DNA of 64,000 bases, taken from IMG/VR virus record IMGVR_UViG_3300046779_001412, positions 1 to 64,000 of that record; one strand, 5' to 3'. Position numbers and translations under genes: made by a program. The DNA is from a virus. The notes under the pieces were generated by a model. That model was not told the DNA's origin. It made no database searches and saw only the letters and a program-made list of their open reading frames with translations. Numbering within the stretch: position 1 is the first letter of the stretch; the number at the start of each line of letters is the position of its first letter. Shown one piece after another: positions 45,335 through 55,941 of this stretch.

Positions 45335-46046
45335 TCGAGGATTTGTCATACCTGCTTTTAACACTACAAACATAGACTACGAAGCCTGTGCGCACCGACT
45401 CCGCGATTCAATTCTACGTCATCATGAAATAGACATCACAATTCTAACCATTGACGATTTGCCAGAAACTGATTTGAAAGGACAAGCTCTTGATTATTAT
45501 GCGTATCGTCTTAGTCCCTATAGACAAACAATTAAGCTAGAAGCGGACATGATAATCACTGCCCCCTGCGCACATTGGTTTGATATGATGCAACACCTTG
45601 ATGTTTGTGTTAGCACAGGTTGTAGAGATTTATACGGTAATCCTGCTATTAGTAGATTTTATAGAAAATTTATTGACAATAACAATCTGCCAGATGTTTA
45701 CAATGCAGTCACTTATTGGCGGGTGAGTGAAACAGCACAGACATTTTTTGCATGGGTAAGACGTTTGTTTGTGCATTGGGATGAATACAAACGTCTAGTG
45801 AAGTTTCCTGATGATGAACCTAGCACTGACTTTGTATATGCCATGGCAGCGCAGATCATTGGGCCAAATAAGTGCACTATGCCATTTGCGAGCTTTCCAA
45901 AAATAATTCACTGTAAACAACACATACTAGGAACATTAACCGAAGACTGGACCAAAGAACTGGTATGGGAGGACAATCCAGTGAGAATAAACACTGTGGC
46001 CCAATGGGGCGCATTACATTATCTAAATAAAACATGGATGCTTTAG
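45318..46046 (+). CDS. Nucleotide-diphospho-sugar transferase paralog (GT-A fold)
   Basis: RGFVI.A.N, SPY.QTIKLEAD, YNAVTYW, STD..YA.A; clearly related to the upstream gene. Confidence 0.65.
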   Translation: MTIKADRGFVIPAFNTTNIDYEACAHRLRDSILRHHEIDITILTIDDLPETDLKGQALDYYAYRLSPYRQTIKLEADMIITAPCAHWFDMMQHLDVCVSTGCRDLYGNPAISRFYRKFIDNNNLPDVYNAVTYWRVSETAQTFFAWVRRLFVHWDEYKRLVKFPDDEPSTDFVYAMAAQIIGPNKCTMPFASFPKIIHCKQHILGTLTEDWTKELVWEDNPVRINTVAQWGALHYLNKTWML

Positions 46047-46378
46047 ATTTTTGGCAGCAGGTCCAGGCCTTACTTGATCCTGTGCATGATCCCAGGATAT
46101 TTTACAGAGTGTACTACGATCACACAGGCTGTGTTTTATTTTACAGCATGGAAGATCTGCCCGGTAACTACTTGGAGATTGATCAACAGACCTTTGCTCA
46201 CAGTGACGGTAACCTAAGAGTGATTAATGGCAAGCTGGTTAAACCGTCAATACAGGTCAGTAAAAAACTAGTGCCCAGTGATCAAGGCACTGCTTGTCAT
46301 GTTGACAATGTTGCTATTGTGAGTAACTCTCAGCCCGCAAAACTTTGGAGTGTAAAATATTATGACCAAGATAGTTGA
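46034..46378 (+). CDS. Hypothetical protein
   Basis: 114 aa, YR.YYD..G...YSME..PGNY; overlapped in operon. Confidence 0.65.
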   Translation: MDALDFWQQVQALLDPVHDPRIFYRVYYDHTGCVLFYSMEDLPGNYLEIDQQTFAHSDGNLRVINGKLVKPSIQVSKKLVPSDQGTACHVDNVAIVSNSQPAKLWSVKYYDQDS

Positions 46379-47288
46379 TATCGCTGATTTAGACTGTATA
46401 TTTTTAACCTATGATGAACCTAATGCTGAGGAAAATTGGGTACGTGTTCGGAACATGGTACCCTGGGCACGACGAGTGGATGGTATTAAAGGGTCAGACG
46501 CCGCTCACAAAGCAGCAGCGATGGCTTCGACCACTGATCGCTTTGTGCTCATTGATGGCGATAACATCCCTGACATTGGCTTCTTTTCACTTCAGCTTGT
46601 ATTGGACGATGCCTCCCATGATTGTGTGTTTAGGTGGCGTGCCCGTAATAACGTCAATGGACTGATGTACGGCAACGGTGGTGTAAGTTGTTGGACACGA
46701 GACTTTGTGATGAACATGCGCACACACGAAGCGTCGGAGGGCACTGATGAAACTGCTGTGGAGTTTTGTTTTGATCCACGCTACTGGGCCATGCATGATT
46801 GCTATTCTACAACCTATATCAACACCACAGACTTTCAGGCTTGGCGTGCTGGATTCAGAGAAGGCGTGAAGATGTGTTTGATTAAAGGACGCCGGCCTAC
46901 AATACCTGAATTTCAACAACAAGTACACCAACGTAATCTTGATAATCTTACTATTTGGCACAACATAGGTCGTGATGTTGATAACGGTATCTGGGCTATA
47001 GCAGGCGCTAGAATGGGCACATACATGACCATGATCACTGATTGGGACTATACACAGGTGCAATGGTTTGATCATCTAGCGGATCTTTGGAACACAGTAA
47101 AAGATCGGCCACCAGAACAGGTAGCAGGTACTGTGGTTGAAGATTTAATCACGCAGCTTGACTTACCTATTGGGTTTTTTCACAAAGAAGAAAGCGATTT
47201 TTTCAAAAAACATGTAAATCAAAGTTTTAAAAATCGCGGTATTATGACTAAAGAAATAGATGTAATTAGACAGCAAGAAGGCTGGTAA
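46362..47288 (+). CDS. Glycosyltransferase-like protein (GT-A fold)
   Basis: FLTYDEPNA, G.KG...AHKAAA, IDGDN (DxD), N.VNGL.YGNGG, AWRAGFREGVK. Confidence 0.65.
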   Translation: MTKIVDIADLDCIFLTYDEPNAEENWVRVRNMVPWARRVDGIKGSDAAHKAAAMASTTDRFVLIDGDNIPDIGFFSLQLVLDDASHDCVFRWRARNNVNGLMYGNGGVSCWTRDFVMNMRTHEASEGTDETAVEFCFDPRYWAMHDCYSTTYINTTDFQAWRAGFREGVKMCLIKGRRPTIPEFQQQVHQRNLDNLTIWHNIGRDVDNGIWAIAGARMGTYMTMITDWDYTQVQWFDHLADLWNTVKDRPPEQVAGTVVEDLITQLDLPIGFFHKEESDFFKKHVNQSFKNRGIMTKEIDVIRQQEGW

Positions 47289-48358
47289 TGTCTCTAGCTA
47301 TACAGTATCGATTCAAACTAGCATCTATGCCACGAGGTCTGGGGTATCCGCATGCGATAACAAATCATTGCAATGTACCACAACGTGCAGTTTCAGTGGA
47401 CTTTGCTTTGAACTGTTTGATCTGTTTTTGTGATGGTTGGTTGCCTATTCCGGTGGGGTCAGTGTTAGACTTTGAAACTCTAGAGGCGGTGTGGCAATCA
47501 CCTAAAGCGCAGGAGATTCAAGCTGACATACAAGACAAAAAGTTTACATGGTGTGCAGTAGAACACTGTGGTATAATCAGACATCACATTGAATTAGACA
47601 GGGCTACATTGGCAATTAATGTAGATGATAGTTGCAATCTATCCTGTGCAAGTTGTAGGCGTGAAAAAATCATGGTTGATTCAGGCCTTGACTTTGAACG
47701 TAGACAACAGGCTCTGCGTCATATACTTGGTTGGCTTGAAAAATACAACGAGCCAATAAACATTACACTAGGAGGCAATGGTGACCCATTGGCCAGTAGT
47801 GTGATTAGACCTCTTTTCCACGAGTATGTGCCTAAGGCCAATCAGTTGTTTGTGCTACATACCAATGGTTTGTTATTGCGCAAGCAGCTGGCGCATAGTG
47901 CATTGTTACCACAGGTTGGCGCTGTGTTGCTCAGTGTTGATGCTGGCACAGCCAACACGTATGAAAAAATTCGTCGAGGTGGCTCATGGCCTGTTTTAAT
48001 CAACAATCTTGAATTTTTGCGTGAAGCGGGATTGAATAGATCTACCACTTTAAAATTTTGTTTGCAAGCAGGCAATTGGCATGAACTAGAGCAGTTTGTT
48101 GATCTATGTCAGCATTATGGCTTTACAGCACACATACATCAACTTGATGACTGGGGCACATGGTCAAACATAATGCCAGCCTATCCAGATGCATGGACAT
48201 TACGTAACGGTACTTTCATTGATCATAACGTACTAGATCCTGATCACAAAGATCATTCTCGCTGCGTGCAAGTGCTACAGCGTTTGCATTGTGATTACAA
48301 ACCGCCACAGGTGTTTATTGACGGATATATATTAGGCAAATTAAATGAATCAACCTAG
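47288..48358 (+). CDS. Radical SAM protein with N-terminal Cys-rich (twitch-like) domain
   Basis: CNLSCASC, GGNGDP, TNG, SVDA; N-terminal C...C.C..W...C-x4-C. Confidence 0.85.
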   Translation: MSLAIQYRFKLASMPRGLGYPHAITNHCNVPQRAVSVDFALNCLICFCDGWLPIPVGSVLDFETLEAVWQSPKAQEIQADIQDKKFTWCAVEHCGIIRHHIELDRATLAINVDDSCNLSCASCRREKIMVDSGLDFERRQQALRHILGWLEKYNEPINITLGGNGDPLASSVIRPLFHEYVPKANQLFVLHTNGLLLRKQLAHSALLPQVGAVLLSVDAGTANTYEKIRRGGSWPVLINNLEFLREAGLNRSTTLKFCLQAGNWHELEQFVDLCQHYGFTAHIHQLDDWGTWSNIMPAYPDAWTLRNGTFIDHNVLDPDHKDHSRCVQVLQRLHCDYKPPQVFIDGYILGKLNEST

Positions 48359-49721
48359 TCAGTTTTACAGTGATGCTGAGCGTATGAAAGACCTTCTAGG
48401 GCCTGCTCGCTGCTATGCTAAATGGAAACAAGTCAGCCTGCATCTCACCACCGGTATGACCAACAGTTGCTATCATCCACCGCTGCATGAAATAGATGTT
48501 ACACTGCTGGCTGACAACCCCGGTGCATTGCACAACACACCTTATAAAAAAACTCAGCGCAAGATCATGTTGCGCAACGACCGTCCTGGTGAATGTCAAT
48601 ATTGTTGGAACATGGAAGACCTAGGTGAACTAAGCGACCGTCACTATCGCTCAGGTGAGCCCTGGGCTGAAATAGATCTCACAAATTTAACCGGAGATGA
48701 AGATGTTATACCTACCTATGTTGAAGTTAATTTTAGTAATGTTTGCAATCTCAAGTGTAGCTATTGCAGTCCACAGTATAGTTCAACGTGGGCCGACGAA
48801 ACTAACCGACATGGGGCATATCCTACTAGAATCCCTCATAATGAGCCGAGTCATTTTAACGGGCGTCGTAAGCCTATACCTGTTCGCGAAGATAACCCTT
48901 ATGTAGAAGCGTTTTGGCGTTGGTGGCCTCAGCTATATCCAAAACTCAAACACTTCCGTATGACTGGCGGCGAACCATTGTTGGATAAGAATACATATCG
49001 TGTGTTTGATTATGTATTGGCATTGCCTAAGATGGATCTGCACTTAGATGTAACTTCAAACTTCAGTGTTGAACAACCAATATTTGATCGTTATCTTGAT
49101 TATGTCAAGCGATTGTGCAACACACAGATTGAACATTTTATGCAGTATGTCAGTGTTGACACTGGAGATTGGATACAAGCTGAATATATTAGGCATGGGC
49201 TTGATGCCAAAAAATTGATGCATAATGTTGATCAGTATCTCACTGAGGTACCTAATCGCAATAGTCTTACATTCATCATCACACTTAATAATCTAAGTGT
49301 AACAGGATTAGACCAACTATTAGATTATATTTTAGAACTACGTGCTAGGCACAGCAGTACCTATCAACGTGTGTGGTTTGATACTCCAGTACTCAGACAG
49401 CCTCGTTGGCAAAGTCTGCAAATACTACCTGCTGCATATCAAAGGCGAATGGAACAACACATAGAATTCATGCAGCAAAATCTTATGCCTGACAACAGCT
49501 TTGTGGGATTCAAAGACTACGAAGTACAGCGCATGCAACGTGCGTTGGCCTGGATGAAAGAACCACAACAAACATCAGAAATCATTCAGGCTAGAGCAGA
49601 TTTCTATAAATTTTTTGCTGAATATAGTAGAAGAATGGGCCATGATACAGAATACTTCAAAGAGATTTTTCCTGAAATGCTAAACTTTTGGCAGGAGTGT
49701 GAGCACCATGCCAAGGCCTAA
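48345..49721 (+). CDS. N-terminal twitch domain radical SAM protein
   Basis: CYAKW...SCYHPP...CQYCW; CNLKCSYC..YSSTW; TGGEP. Confidence 0.9.
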   Translation: MNQPSQFYSDAERMKDLLGPARCYAKWKQVSLHLTTGMTNSCYHPPLHEIDVTLLADNPGALHNTPYKKTQRKIMLRNDRPGECQYCWNMEDLGELSDRHYRSGEPWAEIDLTNLTGDEDVIPTYVEVNFSNVCNLKCSYCSPQYSSTWADETNRHGAYPTRIPHNEPSHFNGRRKPIPVREDNPYVEAFWRWWPQLYPKLKHFRMTGGEPLLDKNTYRVFDYVLALPKMDLHLDVTSNFSVEQPIFDRYLDYVKRLCNTQIEHFMQYVSVDTGDWIQAEYIRHGLDAKKLMHNVDQYLTEVPNRNSLTFIITLNNLSVTGLDQLLDYILELRARHSSTYQRVWFDTPVLRQPRWQSLQILPAAYQRRMEQHIEFMQQNLMPDNSFVGFKDYEVQRMQRALAWMKEPQQTSEIIQARADFYKFFAEYSRRMGHDTEYFKEIFPEMLNFWQECEHHAKA

Positions 49722-50826
49722 ACTCTATGTTGACAGTAAGTGTGAAATTGCGGAACTGTTACGTCCTTATGCTGACCATGTGTTTAGAGGTTTTGACACC
49801 ATAGCTCACAATGAGAATGATATCTATGTGCTTAGTAGATTGGAATTCAAGAACAATGCTACTCTTATTAGGCCTTTGATAGATCGTGGAGTAAAATTAG
49901 TTTACAGCAATCCATTTGAAGGCAGTGAAACCTTGGCAGGTCAACTCACAAGATTTGGGTTATCAGATCTGTTTTTGGAACGTAGGATTCTTGTGATTGG
50001 TGGTGGTGACATGAGGCTGGAATGGCCAAATCTTAGGTACGATTTGTTTGTTTCTAAACCACACAATTTTGCAGAAAATTTAGCAGCTATTAAGCGCAGC
50101 GATGAAATTTTTTCTCAAGTTAATAAGCCTTATAATTTTTTATTTTTAAATGGCAGAGCGCGAGATCATCGTAAGTATCTAATAGAAAGATTAAGTGATC
50201 TTGGTTTACTTGATCAAAGTTTGTATACTTGGTTAGACACCAGTTCCATACGCAGTCGAGCCTTTGATAGTGCTCTTACCAATCGGCCTAGAGCACATCG
50301 TTTTTTACCCGAGCAGTATGAACATGCAACTTATCAAGCAAATGTTAATCATGTACATGGCACTGACTATGTCAAGCTTGATTTGTTTAATAATGAGTGG
50401 GGAGAAATATACCTAAACGCAGATGCCTATGTTGATACTTATTTTAGCTTAGTAACAGAAACAGTATACAACTATCCGCACAGTTTTAGAACTGAAAAAA
50501 TCTGGAAACCAATAGCCATGGGACACCCTTGGATCTGTGTAGCTAATATGGGTTACTATCGTGACCTTAGAGCTCTTGGCTTTCAGACATTTAACACCAT
50601 AATTGATGAAGGTTTTGATGCCATTGAAGGCAGTGTTGCTAGAATGGAAAGGTGTATTCGGGTAATTGAAGACATCCACCGTAACGGACTTAAAGATTTC
50701 CTTGCACAATGCCAAAATATATGTAAATATAACCAACAACACATGATTGATCTCCGTGATCAAGTCAACAAAGATTTTCCCGATCAATTTTTCAAATTTC
50801 TACGCGACTATGGATGGACGACCTAG
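49699..50826 (+). CDS. Glycosyltransferase-like protein (GT-B, GT10-like C-terminus)
   Basis: FLFLNGR.R.HR; FSLVTET...TEKIWKPI..G.PW...LR.LGFQTF...IDE. Confidence 0.55.
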   Translation: MSTMPRPKLYVDSKCEIAELLRPYADHVFRGFDTIAHNENDIYVLSRLEFKNNATLIRPLIDRGVKLVYSNPFEGSETLAGQLTRFGLSDLFLERRILVIGGGDMRLEWPNLRYDLFVSKPHNFAENLAAIKRSDEIFSQVNKPYNFLFLNGRARDHRKYLIERLSDLGLLDQSLYTWLDTSSIRSRAFDSALTNRPRAHRFLPEQYEHATYQANVNHVHGTDYVKLDLFNNEWGEIYLNADAYVDTYFSLVTETVYNYPHSFRTEKIWKPIAMGHPWICVANMGYYRDLRALGFQTFNTIIDEGFDAIEGSVARMERCIRVIEDIHRNGLKDFLAQCQNICKYNQQHMIDLRDQVNKDFPDQFFKFLRDYGWTT

Positions 50827-52148
50827 AGTTCAAACACAGGGTTCTTGACCCTATATCAAAGAGTTTTTGTGCAGCAAAGTGGTACAATGCAACCATTTGG
50901 CTGGGATCAGGCATGACCACATCATGTCATCACCCACCGGCTCATTTAGTGGAGGCCGATAAGCTCCGTGCTAACCCTGAGTTGTTGCACAATACCCCAC
51001 AGAAAAAACAAGACCGCGAGCAGATGCAACGTGGCCAACGCCCAGCAGGATGTGAATATTGTTGGAAGATAGAGGACATGGGACGCGATGCTGTAAGTGA
51101 TCGTGTGTACAAGTCTAAGATCTACTCACTAGAGGACATAACCTATGCACAGCACGCACCAGTCACAGAAAATATCAATCTACGCACTTTGGAGATTAGC
51201 TTTGATCGTACTTGTCAATTTGCTTGTAGTTATTGCAATCCCGCCTTTAGTAGCACATGGGTACGTGACATATCTCAAAATGGGCCCTATGTGGGACTCA
51301 CAAGCGACGGTCGCAATCATTTTACTCATAGTCACAATAGTGCTCAACTTTATAGATTCGGTGAAAGCAATCCTTACGTGGACGCCTTTTTCTCCTGGTG
51401 GGAATCTGACCTACACCGCACTCTAGACGAACTGCGGATCACAGGCGGTGAGCCACTTATGTCAGGCTATACTTGGCAACTTTTAGATTGGTTCCGTAAT
51501 AATCAAGGCCGTTCAAAAACCAGGTTGGCTATAAATTCTAATCTAGGAACACAAGTTGATATTGATCGTTTGTTTGCAAGTGTGGACACACCCATTGACC
51601 TATACACTAGTAATGAGAGCATGGGCTCTCACGCAGAGTATATTAGAGATGGACTGGTTTGGCAGCCTTGGGTTGATAATATAGAAAAAATTTTAAAAAC
51701 GTATCGAGGAAAACTTCGTGGACTTCACATGATGTGCACTGTGAATGCATTATGTTTAGAAAGCTTGCCTGAGTTTTTAACGAAGTTATTGACTTGGAAG
51801 AGTCAGTATGGTGCAGACTATCCTAACTTTACTCTTAACATTCTGCGCTTTCCTAGCTTTCAAAGTCCATTGGTATTACCAGATGGCTTAAGATTACAAT
51901 ATCAGAAACAATTACAGGACTGGTTCAATGCGTTTGAACATCATATATTTTTCCAACCACACGAACGTAATCATGTTCTTAGATTGATAGATTATCTTGA
52001 CGTAGTTAAAACTCCACATTCGGAAGCTTTTGACATACCTACATTACAACAAGATTTCAAACGTTTTTATCAACAGTATGATACTAGACGTGGAAAAAAC
52101 TTTACAGAAACTTTTAAAGAAATAGGCCAGTGGTATGAGCAAATCTGA
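50814..52148 (+). CDS. N-terminal twitch domain radical SAM protein
   Basis: CAAKW...SCHHPP...CEYCW; CQFACSYC..FSSTW; TGGEP; close paralog of 48345..49721. Confidence 0.9.
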   Translation: MDDLEFKHRVLDPISKSFCAAKWYNATIWLGSGMTTSCHHPPAHLVEADKLRANPELLHNTPQKKQDREQMQRGQRPAGCEYCWKIEDMGRDAVSDRVYKSKIYSLEDITYAQHAPVTENINLRTLEISFDRTCQFACSYCNPAFSSTWVRDISQNGPYVGLTSDGRNHFTHSHNSAQLYRFGESNPYVDAFFSWWESDLHRTLDELRITGGEPLMSGYTWQLLDWFRNNQGRSKTRLAINSNLGTQVDIDRLFASVDTPIDLYTSNESMGSHAEYIRDGLVWQPWVDNIEKILKTYRGKLRGLHMMCTVNALCLESLPEFLTKLLTWKSQYGADYPNFTLNILRFPSFQSPLVLPDGLRLQYQKQLQDWFNAFEHHIFFQPHERNHVLRLIDYLDVVKTPHSEAFDIPTLQQDFKRFYQQYDTRRGKNFTETFKEIGQWYEQI

Positions 52149-53418
52149 ATATAACGATCCACGCCCTATCAAGATAGATTTTGATTCGTTAACAGATCGT
52201 CAGAAATATCTGTTAACTGAAAGCAAAACTTTTTGCATCTATCCTTGGATTCATATGCATGCATATCCAACAGGCGAAGCGCACCCTTGTTGTCACAGTA
52301 CAATGTGGCAGTCAGTGGGCCACTGCAAAAAGAATACTCTTAAGGAAATCTGGAATCAGACTCCCATGCGAAGCCTTAGACGTAATATGTTGGAAGAGCG
52401 CGAAAGTGCCGGGTGTGTGCGCTGTTACGAACAAGAACGCACTGGATTTATGAGTGGACGTCAAGCAGCCAACAAACATCATGGCCATCATATCAATCGA
52501 GTAGATGAAACAGATTCTTCAGGACGCCTTGACAGATTTGAAATGACCTATTGGGATATTCGTTTCAGTAATCTTTGTAACCTACGGTGCCGAAGCTGCG
52601 GTTTTATTTTTTCTAGTAGTTGGTACGCTGATCAAGTGAAACTAGCCGGTCCGGAGTGGGGCAAACAATTTACTCCCATGAACTATGCAGGCAGGACAGA
52701 AGTTGACATGTGGGAGCAGTTGCTTCCTCACTTAGATTATGTTGAGCAGATATACTTTGCTGGCGGCGAGCCTCTCATGATGGAGGAACATTATAATATT
52801 CTAGAAGAACTAGAACGTCGTGGAAGATTTGACGTCAGGCTTATCTACAACACTAACTTTACTCAAACCAAATTGAAATCACGCAGTGTATTTGATTTCT
52901 GGAGTAAATTTGAATCTGTAAGTGTGGGTGCAAGCCTAGATGCCATGGGTCCACGAGCTGAATACATTCGAAAAGGCACAGATTGGGACACTGTAGAACG
53001 CAACCGTGAACGTATGCTAGAAGTATGTCCCAACGTTGATTTCTATATCAGCCCAACTCTGTCTTTAATGAACGCACACCATCTACCAGACTTTCACAAA
53101 GATTGGGTACACAGGGGTTTGATTAGAGCACAAGATCTCAATGTTAACATCTTGCAAGATCCACCACATTATAGAATAGACGTAGCCAGTGCGCAGTACA
53201 AAGATATATTACGAATCAAATTTCAAGAACACATTGAGTGGTTACAACCCTTGGATCCATTCAAACGTGCAAGTCAAGGATTTGAAAGTGCTATAACATT
53301 TATGGACAGTCGCGACAATAGCAAAAGACTTAGTGAATTTTGGGAAAAGTCAAAACAGCTTGATGAAATTCGCGGAGAGGATATATTGCTGGTATTGCCA
53401 GAGTTACGTGATCTATGA
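52135..53418 (+). CDS. N-terminal twitch domain radical SAM protein
   Basis: CIYPW...G..HPCC...CVRC; CNLRCRSC..FSSSW; AGGEP. Confidence 0.9.
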   Translation: MSKSEYNDPRPIKIDFDSLTDRQKYLLTESKTFCIYPWIHMHAYPTGEAHPCCHSTMWQSVGHCKKNTLKEIWNQTPMRSLRRNMLEERESAGCVRCYEQERTGFMSGRQAANKHHGHHINRVDETDSSGRLDRFEMTYWDIRFSNLCNLRCRSCGFIFSSSWYADQVKLAGPEWGKQFTPMNYAGRTEVDMWEQLLPHLDYVEQIYFAGGEPLMMEEHYNILEELERRGRFDVRLIYNTNFTQTKLKSRSVFDFWSKFESVSVGASLDAMGPRAEYIRKGTDWDTVERNRERMLEVCPNVDFYISPTLSLMNAHHLPDFHKDWVHRGLIRAQDLNVNILQDPPHYRIDVASAQYKDILRIKFQEHIEWLQPLDPFKRASQGFESAITFMDSRDNSKRLSEFWEKSKQLDEIRGEDILLVLPELRDL

Positions 53419-54653
53419 CTATACCACACGATAAGTTTTGCATACTGCCTTGGGTAAGTTTAGAAACCAGTCCAATTGGCACTGTGCGCCCTTGTTGTTT
53501 AGCCAAGGATGAAATTGAAGATGAACACGGCACAAAATTCCAACTTAAAACCTCGAGCTTTGATCAAATACGCAATAGCAGTCACATGCGACAACTCCGC
53601 AATGAATTCATTGAAGGTAAACTTCCAGCCACATGTGAGCGTTGTTGGTCTGTTGAAGCCTCAGGAGGAACCTCCAAGCGACAGCACACACTCAAACGAC
53701 TAGAACATATTGTTACTGATACCACCTGGTCAGATGATGCTAAAGACCTTGTATTTCTTGATCTAAAATTAGGTAATATCTGCAATCTTAAATGTCGCAT
53801 CTGTGGGCCTTGGAGTTCAAGTACGTTTGCCTCCGAAGAAGTAGGTAAAATGATGACTTTAGATCGCAAACAAACCTATGCTTATCAAATGCTACGCGAA
53901 GGACGATGGCCTAGGGAAAGCACAGTATTTTGGCAAGAACTTGATGCCATTGCTGATCAAATTCGTTACCTTGAGTTCACTGGTGGCGAGCCTTTTATGA
54001 TACAAGAACATTTTGATTTCTTGCAGCGACTCGTTGATCGCGGACTTGCACACAATATTGAAATACACTACAACACCAATGGAACACACTATCCAGACCA
54101 AGGCGTTAAACTTTGGCCAAACTTTAAGTTAGTTGAAATTGCATTTAGTATTGATGACCTTGGGGCTAGATTTGAATACCAACGCACGGGTGCACGTTGG
54201 CATGAAGTTGTGGAAAATTTAAACCGTTTTAAACAATTACGCAGTGACAGCAACAACATTCAATTGCAATTGTGTTGCACAATAAGCATCTGGAACGTGG
54301 TTTATTTTAACTACATAGCCGAATGGGCTAAATCGTTTTCATGGGATTTTGTTTACTGGAACTATCTGCATGACTCGCCTGTGTGGTGTATTCAAAATGT
54401 TGTTGAGGTAGTCAAAGAGCGCATTATTACTCATTTGATTGCCCAAGACATCAAACATCCTTATGCACAAGATCGCAAACATATCATTGCGTTTATGCGT
54501 GCCAAGGAAGGTTGGATAGGCTGCGGCAATGGTGGCACACTGACTTATGAAATAAGTCGATTAGACAATACTCGTGGCCAAAATCTCAAGGATGTGGCAC
54601 CTGAACTAGCACAGATAATACACTATAATGGCCCAATTGCCGAGTATGAATAA
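53415..54653 (+). CDS. N-terminal twitch domain radical SAM protein
   Basis: CILPW...G..RPCC...CERCW; CNLKCRIC...SSS; TGGEP. Confidence 0.9.
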   Translation: MTIPHDKFCILPWVSLETSPIGTVRPCCLAKDEIEDEHGTKFQLKTSSFDQIRNSSHMRQLRNEFIEGKLPATCERCWSVEASGGTSKRQHTLKRLEHIVTDTTWSDDAKDLVFLDLKLGNICNLKCRICGPWSSSTFASEEVGKMMTLDRKQTYAYQMLREGRWPRESTVFWQELDAIADQIRYLEFTGGEPFMIQEHFDFLQRLVDRGLAHNIEIHYNTNGTHYPDQGVKLWPNFKLVEIAFSIDDLGARFEYQRTGARWHEVVENLNRFKQLRSDSNNIQLQLCCTISIWNVVYFNYIAEWAKSFSWDFVYWNYLHDSPVWCIQNVVEVVKERIITHLIAQDIKHPYAQDRKHIIAFMRAKEGWIGCGNGGTLTYEISRLDNTRGQNLKDVAPELAQIIHYNGPIAEYE

Positions 54654-55941
54654 ACCTGATAACTTGTGCATGGCACCCTGGACACATACGTATCTGTCGC
54701 CACAAACCGAACGTAGAATGTGCTGTGCTAGTCGTGAACCTGCACAAAATTTTCAACAATATATTGATACATCAGCAGGCACCGGTCGTTACGTACCCAT
54801 AACACTTGAACAACACTGGAACGGAGATCACATGCGCAGCGTGCGTCGTCGCATGTTGGCAGGTGAAACACTACCTGAGTGTGAAGTATGTAACAACAAA
54901 TTGTTGAATACTGATGTTTATCGTGATTATTTTAATCACTTGTTTGCACACAAATGGACAGAAGTTCAACGTTCCACTAATGAATCAGGTGCCACTACCA
55001 TGCAGCCAGTGAGTTGGGACTATAGATTTACCAACCTATGCAATTTCAAATGTCGCATGTGCGGAGACATGCTGAGCAGTGCCTGGGAAAGTGAGCGTAG
55101 ACACCATGAGTTAATTGACTGGACAGACTCACGAAACAATTGGATGCGACCTGAAGTTAAACAACAGATTACAGCGTTCCAGGACAGTGTAATTGAACAA
55201 GAGTTCGCTGATGCAGTTGAAGAACACAGAGTTGAGGAAGTATACTGGGTTGGTGGTGAGCCTTTGATGTATGAACAGCATTGGCGTTATATGAAAAGAA
55301 TAGTAGAACTAGGTGACGGACCTAAGGTTTATGCTAGATATAATACCAATCTTTCTAGAATTGAATATCGTGGCGTAAATCTTTATCATGATATTCTGGC
55401 CCATGTAAGAGATTGGCAAATCTGTGCTAGTCTTGACGGAACTGGTGATATTGGAGAATACATTCGCAGCGGCCTTGACTATCAAGCCTGGCTTAATCAT
55501 TTTCGCCAAGGCCAGACTCATCAACAGCACTACAGACAAATGCGTATTGATTTTACTCTGACTCTACCCGGATTACTAGAAGTTCCACGCATTGAAAAAT
55601 TATCATATGACCTAGGCTGCGGATTGTTAGCCAAAACAGTGTTTGCTTTTACCCCAGACAATATTTGGAGTCCGCTGATACTGCCAAGATCAATTCTTGA
55701 AACCATAATACAAGAATTGTTACCACAATTGAGAACCACAGTAATGCGTGACCTTCTAAATCAATTGCTAACTCGTGAAACTTTTAAAGAAACATGGCCT
55801 GAGCTTTATCCAGATGCTGTAGCTAAAGGTAAACAAACTGTGTTACAATTAGAAAAAATTCGTAATCAACCTATTACAATGACAGAGATTATGAATCAAC
55901 ACAAACTTTTAGGATCTTGGTGGAATGACATCCCAGGTTAA
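54628..55941 (+). CDS. N-terminal twitch domain radical SAM protein
   Basis: CMAPW...RMCC...CEVC; CNFKCRMC..LSSAW; VGGEP. Confidence 0.9.
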   Translation: MAQLPSMNKPDNLCMAPWTHTYLSPQTERRMCCASREPAQNFQQYIDTSAGTGRYVPITLEQHWNGDHMRSVRRRMLAGETLPECEVCNNKLLNTDVYRDYFNHLFAHKWTEVQRSTNESGATTMQPVSWDYRFTNLCNFKCRMCGDMLSSAWESERRHHELIDWTDSRNNWMRPEVKQQITAFQDSVIEQEFADAVEEHRVEEVYWVGGEPLMYEQHWRYMKRIVELGDGPKVYARYNTNLSRIEYRGVNLYHDILAHVRDWQICASLDGTGDIGEYIRSGLDYQAWLNHFRQGQTHQQHYRQMRIDFTLTLPGLLEVPRIEKLSYDLGCGLLAKTVFAFTPDNIWSPLILPRSILETIIQELLPQLRTTVMRDLLNQLLTRETFKETWPELYPDAVAKGKQTVLQLEKIRNQPITMTEIMNQHKLLGSWWNDIPG

